Of a stretch of DNA of 64,000 bases, positions 57,037 through 64,000 are shown in pieces. The DNA comes from a virus (Duplodnaviria > Caudoviricetes). Below the pieces are notes generated by a model. The model was given only the letters and a program-made list of their open reading frames with translations. It did no database searches and was not told the DNA's origin. The first letter of the stretch is position 1. Each line of letters begins with the position of its first letter. Where the stretch lies: positions 1-64,000 of the IMG/VR virus record IMGVR_UViG_3300037067_006927. The stretch is one strand, 5' to 3'. A program made the position numbers and the translations under genes.

Positions 57037-57405
57037 ATGGCGAGCAAGTTTCGCGCGGCCTCCACGTTCTGGAACGGGAAGCGCATGTCCTACGCCACGA
57101 ACGGCGAGTGGACTCCAAGCACGAGCGGTGGCGAGGACGTCATCACCGAGGACGGTTTCCAGGACGTCACCGACGGCGCCGAGATCAACGAGGTGTCGAT
57201 CGACTACGCGATCCCGTACCTCGGGACTGGCATCGTGCTGAAGGTGCACGACCGCGGAACGCTCACGGTCGCTGCGCCGAATACGCAGGTGATCACGATG
57301 CCCAACTGCGTCGTGATGGAAGCACCTGTCACGTGGGATCACGTCAAGGGAACGATGACTGGCAAGTACCGCTTCCGATGCGGTAAGGCGACCCGCACGG
57401 GCTAG
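57037..57405 (+). CDS. Tail tube protein (122 aa)
   Basis: Size, beta-strand pattern and position immediately after the sheath. Confidence 0.85.
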   Translation: MASKFRAASTFWNGKRMSYATNGEWTPSTSGGEDVITEDGFQDVTDGAEINEVSIDYAIPYLGTGIVLKVHDRGTLTVAAPNTQVITMPNCVVMEAPVTWDHVKGTMTGKYRFRCGKATRTG

Positions 57406-57423
57406 TGAGTGTCGGGGGACAAC

Positions 57424-58113
57424 ATGAGCAAAGCTTCTCAGCTGGTACGTGGATACCTGCAAACTAAGATCGTTCCACTCCCGCTCGCGGGGGTGCGCGG
57501 TCAATCTCTCCTCGACGGGCCCCATCCCGACGGCGAGCCAGGGGGCACCACTCCTGGCCCCGTCGCGGTGGGGCTCAAGCCGCTTCCGCCCTGGGACGAG
57601 GCGGAGATTCGGGCGCGGGCTCTCGAGTACGCAAAGAGTCACGGCATCGAGAATCCCGCCGAGGATGGCGAGGTGGTCGAGTTCGGCAAGGCCATCTATA
57701 GGTGCCTGATTGGCGTCGTCGATGCGGAGTCGGACCCGCATTCACCGTTGCCATTCTTCGACGGTGGGATCGAGCAAATCGAGCGCATGACCGAGCTCGG
57801 GCGCGATGGTGTACTGACGCTCTCGCGGATGCATGAGACGTATCAGGACGAGGTCGGCGGGCAGATCGAAGACTGGGGTGAGGATGGTCTAAAGGCGGCA
57901 GCCGAGGAGCTGGCGGGCCCGCGCGGAGGTTTTTTCTGGTTTGCCTTGCGGCCCGGTATGCAACTGAGTTACGCGCTTTTTTCGGCACGCCTGCTGCTCA
58001 GCTTACTGGAGGACAAGTCTACTTCTGGCTCTGGCTCCGTGGCGGCGGATCCTTCGACTGGCTCAAGCCCAAAGAGGAGTGAGCCAGCGCAGCGCACGCG
58101 AGGACGCAAGTGA
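57424..58113 (+). CDS. Tail assembly chaperone with probable programmed -1 frameshift (alternative C-terminus ending at 58082)
   Basis: In-frame slippery heptamer T TTT TTC at 57930-57936. The -1 frame stays open for 48 codons (LVCLAARYATELRAFFGTPAAQLTGGQVYFW...KEE) to TGA 58080-58082. Confidence 0.72.
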   Translation: MSKASQLVRGYLQTKIVPLPLAGVRGQSLLDGPHPDGEPGGTTPGPVAVGLKPLPPWDEAEIRARALEYAKSHGIENPAEDGEVVEFGKAIYRCLIGVVDAESDPHSPLPFFDGGIEQIERMTELGRDGVLTLSRMHETYQDEVGGQIEDWGEDGLKAAAEELAGPRGGFFWFALRPGMQLSYALFSARLLLSLLEDKSTSGSGSVAADPSTGSSPKRSEPAQRTRGRK

Positions 58114-58628
58114 ATGCGTCGAAGGCAGTCGTCGCCAAGCGCCCTGCTTTGCGCTCGGTGCGCCTCGTACCAGAGGACTGGGCGACGTCATGGGAAGCGC
58201 GCCCGCGCGAGCCGGTAGCGATCGGACTGCGCACGATCTCCGACTACGAGGAGTCGGTAGCGAGACGCGAGGCAGCGGCGCAGGCGGAGGCAACGACCGC
58301 CGGAGAGATTCGTCCCGACGAGTACAACGATGCGCTGATGGCCGGCGTAGTCGCTGCCGCCGTCTGCAACCCGAACGACCAGACGCGCGACCCCGCTCAT
58401 ATCCCAACACCGGCCGCGACGTTGCGCCAGGCACTGACCTCGCGCGCAATCCGTCGGCTGTTCTGCGAGTGGGAAGTGATGTGCGCCGATGCCTCTCCGT
58501 CGGCGCCGCACGCTACGGACGACGACGTCGAGGAATTGCTCGAACTTCTCACCGACGAGAATCTGGACCTGAACGATCGCGCACGCCGATTCATGGCAGC
58601 GCTGCTTGATGAACTTCGCGGAGACTGA
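58110..58628 (+). CDS. Second tail-assembly-chaperone-like protein (172 aa)
   Basis: GTGA overlap. PVAIGLR.I..YEE motif resembles PVAVGLKPL..WDE of the preceding gene, suggesting paralogy. Confidence 0.6.
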   Translation: MNASKAVVAKRPALRSVRLVPEDWATSWEARPREPVAIGLRTISDYEESVARREAAAQAEATTAGEIRPDEYNDALMAGVVAAAVCNPNDQTRDPAHIPTPAATLRQALTSRAIRRLFCEWEVMCADASPSAPHATDDDVEELLELLTDENLDLNDRARRFMAALLDELRGD

Positions 58629-58856
58629 CCAGTGGCACCGCGTGGGTGGATGAAGCGATGCGTGCGCTGCGGGTCGCGGGTGAGAAGCGATCACGGAACG
58701 TGCGCCTGCGGGGCCTACGAGTGGGAGATGAGCGTGTCGGTCGTTTCGTCAACGTCGTATCGAACGGCCAAGTCCGTTGGTTACACATTCTCTTTCCGTC
58801 CGGTACCAGACGATAGCGGCATATTCAGCCTGCGCGAACTGCTTGGAACGTAGCCC

Positions 58857-61178
58857 ATGGCCCCGCCGGTTATCGTAAGAGTCGGGTGTGCCCTCGACTC
58901 CTCCGTAGAGAAGTCCTTCCGCGACTTCGAGCGGCGGGCGGCGCAGGCGTCGGCGCGGGCTGAGCAGGCCATGGGGCGCGGCGGGCGGCGCCGGGTGCTC
59001 GACGATGGCGCTGTGGTGGCCGCCAAGGCCACCGAGCGGAAGGTGACCCAGGCGGTCGAGGGCGAATCGAAAGCGCGTCTCAAGGCGTTCCAGGCGGAAG
59101 CACGGGAGCGGCTGCGCGAGACGCGGCAATCCAACCGGCAACTACTCTCCGAGATCAGCAAGTTCGACCGCGAGACGGCCAAGGCACAGCGCGCATCGCA
59201 ACGCGAATCCGAGAAGCTGGCGCGCACCCACTACCGCGAGCTTGACCGCTTCGCCACCCGTACCAGCCACCGAACGACCCGCTTCTTGATGCCTAACGCG
59301 CCGCTGGCGTCCATGGCTCGGCGTGGCGTGTCGGACGTGCTCCGCGGCATTGGGATCGACCCGTCGATCCAGGGCGCCGTTTCCCGATCGACGGAGCTAC
59401 AGAAGAGCGCGGTCGCTCTGTCCACAGCTGGCTACATCCCGGGAGAGAAGGGACCAGCCGGATCCCGCGTCGACGCCGGAGTGCTGCAAGCCGAAGCGCG
59501 CACCACGGCGGAGAAATTCTCACTCGACTCGCAGTCGGTGATCGAGGCGCAAGACCAGTTCGTGAAGCTCACTGGCGACCTGGCTACGTCGCGGCAGATG
59601 ATGGGCGAGTTGTCCGGGCTGAGCATCGCATCGGGCGCGAGCCTCCAGGACATGGCGACGGCTGCCGGCGAACTCTCGAACGCGCTTGGCGACATGGGAT
59701 CGCCAGAAGAGAAGATGAAGTCGATCAGCGGCGCACTCCGCACGCTGTCGGCACAAGGCAAGATCGGGTCCGTCGAGATCAAGGATTACGCGCGCTACAT
59801 GGCGCATCTAGGCGGCACCGTCGGCCAGTTCGGCGGCGACCGTGGAACGCGCATCGCGCAGTTCGGTGCGCTGACGCAGTTGGTCCGCAAGTACGGCGGC
59901 GGCACGTCTGCTGCCGTTGCCACCCGTGCGATCAGTGGCTTCGCGAATACGCTATCAACTCCGGCTCGGCGCGCTCAGTTCGCCAAGAACGACGTAGCAA
60001 TCGAGGACGCAAGCGGGATGTTCCGCGACCCGTTCGCCATCCTGCGTGACGCCATCAAGAAGACGGGCGGGAAGACCGAGCCGCTCAAGGAGATGTTCGC
60101 CAACGTCATTGGCGCGAAGTCGGTCACGGGTCTGTCGAACATCTACAAGCAGGCCGGCGGCGGCGACAAAGGAATGGCCGCCATCGACTCCGAGCTCAAG
60201 CGCATGATGGACGCGAACTCGATGACCGACAAGGCCGTCGCAGAAGCTGTCACCAAGTACGAGGACACGACCGCTGCTAAGGCAAAGCGGTTCCAGGCGC
60301 AGATCGACAAGATCGTCGAGTCGGCAGCGACGAAGCTGATCCCGTCCCTCGAGAAGATGGCTCCGGCTGCTCTACGGGTCGCCGATGGGCTGTCGCGCCT
60401 GGCGCAGTTTGCTGCGGCGAATCCGGGTACCGCGATCTCGCTGGCAATCGCTGCCGTGATCGCACGTGCGGGTATTGAGAGCGCCTTCCGCACGGGGATC
60501 GAACGGGCCATCATGGGCGCGTCTCGTCTCGGTGGAGGGCCCGGAGGCGGCGGAGGAATCGTCACCACCGGAGGCGGTGGCGCCGGAAAGCCAGGCGGCT
60601 TCGTTGGACCGGGTGGAGCCATCGGCGCACTTGGCGCCGCCGTAACCATCACCGCAACAGCGGTTACGCTATACGCGACCGGAACGATCGTCATCGACGA
60701 GCTACTCGGGAAGCTCGGAAAAGAGAAGTCCAAAGAGGTGATGACGGACGTGCAGGAGTTCAACACCACCGAGACGTTGCGGCGCAGGGCACGCGAGCAA
60801 GGTGGCCGTCTCTCCGAAGAGGACATGAAGACTCTGGGGGAGATCGAGAAGAAGAAGGCTGGTCGATTGGCTTCTGCGGAGTCAGACGCCAACCTGCGCG
60901 AATCGCAGGGACTCGGCGCGAACGGACCATCCTGGTGGATGACGGGGCTCGGTGGGCCCATGGGCGCCCCTCCAATGGGTGGGATGCCGGGCACCGGAGC
61001 CGGAACCGTGGTCGGAAAGAATCGCGACCAGGAACAGATAGAGACGCTACGCACGGAACTCGGCGCCCTCCAGTCACTGCTGCGCGGGACCCTTACCGTG
61101 AACGTGGCAAACGCTGACGAGATTCGCCCGGCGAAGGGTGCCGTTACAGACCCGAGCGGACGCGACGGAGAAGTGTGA
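58857..61178 (+). CDS. Tape measure protein (773 aa)
   Basis: Long alpha-helical Ala-rich ORF after the chaperones, QGKIGSVEIKD core and Gly-rich C-terminal third. Confidence 0.9.
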   Translation: MAPPVIVRVGCALDSSVEKSFRDFERRAAQASARAEQAMGRGGRRRVLDDGAVVAAKATERKVTQAVEGESKARLKAFQAEARERLRETRQSNRQLLSEISKFDRETAKAQRASQRESEKLARTHYRELDRFATRTSHRTTRFLMPNAPLASMARRGVSDVLRGIGIDPSIQGAVSRSTELQKSAVALSTAGYIPGEKGPAGSRVDAGVLQAEARTTAEKFSLDSQSVIEAQDQFVKLTGDLATSRQMMGELSGLSIASGASLQDMATAAGELSNALGDMGSPEEKMKSISGALRTLSAQGKIGSVEIKDYARYMAHLGGTVGQFGGDRGTRIAQFGALTQLVRKYGGGTSAAVATRAISGFANTLSTPARRAQFAKNDVAIEDASGMFRDPFAILRDAIKKTGGKTEPLKEMFANVIGAKSVTGLSNIYKQAGGGDKGMAAIDSELKRMMDANSMTDKAVAEAVTKYEDTTAAKAKRFQAQIDKIVESAATKLIPSLEKMAPAALRVADGLSRLAQFAAANPGTAISLAIAAVIARAGIESAFRTGIERAIMGASRLGGGPGGGGGIVTTGGGGAGKPGGFVGPGGAIGALGAAVTITATAVTLYATGTIVIDELLGKLGKEKSKEVMTDVQEFNTTETLRRRAREQGGRLSEEDMKTLGEIEKKKAGRLASAESDANLRESQGLGANGPSWWMTGLGGPMGAPPMGGMPGTGAGTVVGKNRDQEQIETLRTELGALQSLLRGTLTVNVANADEIRPAKGAVTDPSGRDGEV

Positions 61179-61181
61179 TCC

Positions 61182-62072
61182 GTGGCAACCTACCTCTCGG
61201 GATTGAAACGTCTGTCGTTTGACGGCATCACGATCCCATACGCGAAGATCCGCGTCACGGGTGGGCAGCGCGAGCACGTGCACGAGTTCCCGAAGGTGCC
61301 GGGTGGGCTCCCTGAACTCTTCGGGCGCAAGCTGTATGAGATCAATATCACCGGTCGCATCGACGAAGGAATCATGCGCGCCGGTGGGTACTACATGGGG
61401 CGCAACCTGTTCTCGGATCTGAACCTGCTGGCGTCGTATTGGGAGATCGGAATCCGAGGAAGCCTGTACCTGCCGAACATCGGTGAGATCAAAGCCTACG
61501 CAACTTCGTGGACGCGCGAACTGGAAACCAAGGTCACTTCGGGCGAATCGTTCGAGGTCAGCTTTCGCGAGGACTCGGACTCCGCAACGATGCTCGCACA
61601 GACGCTGCTCAGCCAACCGACAGCAGCGACGGCAACCGCGCTCGGTGCATTCACTGGCGGGCTGCCGACTCCGCACGATTCGATCTTCGATACCATCCGC
61701 AACGCGGTGAACGGGATCCTGGCCTTCAAGGATCAGGGCGAGATGTGGGCTGGGTTCATGTCGATGAAGCTCCAGGGTCTGTTCGCGCTGTTCGAGCAAG
61801 CCTACGTGGAGAGCGCCGCGATCTGGAATGACCCGCTCAACTTCCAGTTGCTTGAGGACTTCAAGGCGCTCTGGTCCGCGTGCCAGCAGATGCAAGACAG
61901 CGGTGGCCAACTGCTCGTCTACGTGACACCGAAGGATACGGACGTCTCGGGTGCGTCGATTCTGATCTACGGAGACACCGCGCACGCGACCGACCTGCTG
62001 AACTTGAACGCACTGCCGGATCCGTACTCTATCCCGGCGGGAACCTCCCTTAACTACTTCGCGGCGGCGTGA
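61182..62072 (+). CDS. Mu-like DNA circulation/tail-tube initiator protein with C-terminal LysM-like motif (296 aa)
   Basis: SFDGI, REHVHEFP...E.FGRK, G.LYLPNIGEI, and C-terminal ..IYGD..HA.DLL.LN.LPDP..IPAG. Confidence 0.8.
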   Translation: MATYLSGLKRLSFDGITIPYAKIRVTGGQREHVHEFPKVPGGLPELFGRKLYEINITGRIDEGIMRAGGYYMGRNLFSDLNLLASYWEIGIRGSLYLPNIGEIKAYATSWTRELETKVTSGESFEVSFREDSDSATMLAQTLLSQPTAATATALGAFTGGLPTPHDSIFDTIRNAVNGILAFKDQGEMWAGFMSMKLQGLFALFEQAYVESAAIWNDPLNFQLLEDFKALWSACQQMQDSGGQLLVYVTPKDTDVSGASILIYGDTAHATDLLNLNALPDPYSIPAGTSLNYFAAA

Positions 62073-62075
62073 GCC

Positions 62076-63497
62076 ATGACGGTCGACCGAGGGTGGATTG
62101 ATGACGAGATCGTCATCAGCCTGACGAACGAGAACGTCACCCGTCGGTGCATCGACTACAGCGTCAAGTGCTCGGTGTTCAATCAGCCCAGCGCGTTCAC
62201 CGTGCACCTCGGAGAACAGGAGTCGGCGCTCGAGATGCTGGCGAAGCACAAGCCGGGGCACCCGTTCGAGATCCGAATCCAGCGTGTGGTTCCCGGCTCT
62301 GGTGGCACATACGATCTGGACGTCCCTCTACAGACCGGGCGCCTCGACGCGGTGGAGCTCGCCGACACGGACGCCACCACGGTTGAGATGCGTGGCCGCG
62401 ACAACATGGCGGCGCTCTCCAAATCGTTCTTCATGCAGGAGGAAGCGTTCACGGAGGCGACCTTCTATGACATCACGGCGAAGCAACTGAAGGCAGTCGG
62501 GTTCGATCCAGATCTGTGGCTCACCACCGGAGAGGACGGGCGCAAGAAGGCGATCACGAACGCTGGCGGCGGTATGAAGCGCAGCGCGGCGCAGGTAGCG
62601 GAGCCAACCGTATCGACGGACGCCGAGTTACAGAAGCTGTTCTCATGGACGCCGGCGCAGGAGATTGCGGAACGCGCTCCGGAGGAGGCGGCAGCGCTCC
62701 GTGCGATGGGAATAGAGCTGCAATCGAAACGATTCGGAACTTGGGTTCCATCGACGATGAGCTCGGCTCCGAGCGCGTCAAGCAGCAGCGTCGATGGGCA
62801 GACCGTCATGGTGGAGGACGTCACCGGAGGTCAGCCCAAGACGGAACTAAAGACGCTCAAGGCGATGGTAGGGCAGCAGCGGTACGAGTGGCTCAAGGCG
62901 CAGTACAAGCGCGTCGGGCTGTTCCTGTGGTGCGCTCCAGATGGGAAGTTCATCCTCTCCGCACCCAACACATCGCAAGAGCCGGCGTTCCGGTTGCAGC
63001 GACTGATCGCGGGGACGCCAGCCGAGACGAACATTCTCAGCGGTGGCTTTCGCAACGACACCGTCAGCCGCTACTCACACACGCTGGTCTACGGGCGCGC
63101 GGGTGGCGGAAAGGACGGGCGCAAGCAGATCGTCGGCCAGTACGTTGACCAGGAGATGGTCGACCTCGGGTGGATCTGCCAGATCAGTTCCGAGGACCGC
63201 GACATCAAGACGCAGAAGGCGGCCGACTACCTCGCGCGTCGATATGCGTCCGAGGCGCGGCGCTCGTCACGATCGCTGAACTACACGCTACCGGGTCACT
63301 CGGCGCCGTCGCTGATCCACCCTGGCCAGCGGTTCCCGTTCTACGTCGGATGCGTGGTGCACGTGAAAGACGAGAAGTGCGGGCTCGACGGTAACTACTA
63401 CCTAGGAGAGGTGGAGTTCAGTCGCAACCCGCAGAGCACGAGCAGGCTGACGCTCTATCACATGGACGATCTCGTATTCGCGGAAGAGGCTGCCTGA
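62076..63497 (+). CDS. Baseplate hub protein, Mu gpP/gp44-like (473 aa)
   Basis: YSVKCSVFNQPSAF, GRD.MAAL, GLFLWCAPDG.FIL, SRYSH..VYG and ..S.L.L motifs. Confidence 0.85.
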   Translation: MTVDRGWIDDEIVISLTNENVTRRCIDYSVKCSVFNQPSAFTVHLGEQESALEMLAKHKPGHPFEIRIQRVVPGSGGTYDLDVPLQTGRLDAVELADTDATTVEMRGRDNMAALSKSFFMQEEAFTEATFYDITAKQLKAVGFDPDLWLTTGEDGRKKAITNAGGGMKRSAAQVAEPTVSTDAELQKLFSWTPAQEIAERAPEEAAALRAMGIELQSKRFGTWVPSTMSSAPSASSSSVDGQTVMVEDVTGGQPKTELKTLKAMVGQQRYEWLKAQYKRVGLFLWCAPDGKFILSAPNTSQEPAFRLQRLIAGTPAETNILSGGFRNDTVSRYSHTLVYGRAGGGKDGRKQIVGQYVDQEMVDLGWICQISSEDRDIKTQKAADYLARRYASEARRSSRSLNYTLPGHSAPSLIHPGQRFPFYVGCVVHVKDEKCGLDGNYYLGEVEFSRNPQSTSRLTLYHMDDLVFAEEAA

Positions 63498-64000
63498 TGT
63501 TCTGCACGGTCACCCTCACCGAGTACGACGAGAACGGGCACCTGCTCGTCCAACACGACGCCTATGGCAACGGCGGTGCTCCCGGCTCGATGAACGCCCA
63601 TCAGTACGGATTCCTCTCGCGCCCGCATGACCCAGGAGCCGATGGCATCGGGTGCACGGTCGATGTCCGCAGCGATGGGTCCGAGCGGTTCGCCTGGGTT
63701 GGCGACGACACGCGGGCTACGTCGTGGCTCCCACGATGCACCAAGGGCGGGTCGGCGCAGTACGGTGGCAAGCTGGGGTCGGCACTGACGTGGAGGGAGA
63801 TCGACGGGGACACGGGGTCGATCATCGACTACGTCCCGGTCGCGTGGGACGGGGCCGGAACCTGCACGGAGGCGCACAAGCTCGAGCTCGGGGTGGACGG
63901 CGGCGGCGATCCGATCTGCCAGATCATCCACTCGGACGGGTCCTGCCTGATGCTGTTCGACGGAGCGGCGACGCTGGCGGACGCTACCGGCGGCGGGTTC
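63497..64000 (+). CDS. Baseplate spike protein, Mu gp45-like (partial, runs off the window)
   Basis: TGATG overlap with the hub gene. QYGFLSRP.DP, ...GDDTR and GGSAQY motifs. Confidence 0.75.
   Translation, partial: MFCTVTLTEYDENGHLLVQHDAYGNGGAPGSMNAHQYGFLSRPHDPGADGIGCTVDVRSDGSERFAWVGDDTRATSWLPRCTKGGSAQYGGKLGSALTWREIDGDTGSIIDYVPVAWDGAGTCTEAHKLELGVDGGGDPICQIIHSDGSCLMLFDGAATLADATGGGF

Larger units (their letters stand above)
1..64000. mobile_element. Tailed phage genome/prophage segment (myovirus-like, Mu-type head/tail genes, lambdoid-like early/replication layout), incomplete at both ends
   Basis: Continuous phage gene content (terminase, portal, capsid, sheath, tube, tape measure, baseplate, replication and recombination genes). 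Tightly packed ORFs with frequent ATGA/GTGA overlaps, and two divergent arms from about 18.1 kb. No integrase or att site is seen in the window. Confidence 0.97.

Noticed and set aside
49437-57086. Long antisense ORFs (e.g. 49437-50816, 50817-52076, 55431-57086; likewise 2523-3473, 11148-12233, 12821-14155)
   Set aside because: They are shadow frames of GC3-biased real genes on the opposite strand, with Arg/Ala/Pro-rich translations and no motifs or RBS.
1-64000. Diversity-generating retroelement, retron, integrase, transposase or lysis cassette
   Set aside because: No reverse transcriptase, recombinase, DDE transposase, holin or endolysin motifs were recognised. Tail-fibre and lysis genes probably lie beyond the right edge.

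Overview
The whole 64-kb window is one GC-rich tailed-phage (or prophage) segment. No host housekeeping block, integrase, lysis cassette or CRISPR array is visible. Divergent sigma70-like promoters at about 18.1 kb drive two arms. The leftward early arm carries a PD-(D/E)XK exonuclease, an annealing-protein candidate and a phage-encoded beta sliding clamp. It ends in a type IV-B-like CRISPR-Cas effector module: csf1, cas11::csf2 fusion, HNH-AP2, csf3, Zn-finger::cas6, cysH-like. The rightward arm carries Cro, four DNA methyltransferase-like genes, a RusA-like gene, DUF5131, initiator/primase/DnaB, thyX, ssb and rtcB, followed by a Mu-like contractile-tail morphogenesis block truncated at the baseplate spike. 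The most striking observations are these. (1) The array-less type IV-B-like module unexpectedly retains a Cas6. (2) Its Csf1 ends in a perfect QLSLF beta-clamp-binding motif, encoded as a dual-frame overlap with csf2, in a genome that encodes its own clamp and whose methyltransferases carry similar motifs. (3) A 65-nt tRNA-like element lacking an anticodon arm lies in the same early arm. (4) A tail-chaperone -1 frameshift is likely. (5) Two small domains are reused among virion and packaging proteins. A Myxococcota-like host is suggested only by inference. All family assignments come from motif recognition by eye; no database searches were run. Many listed ORF starts were moved to the nearest RBS or stop/start overlap.
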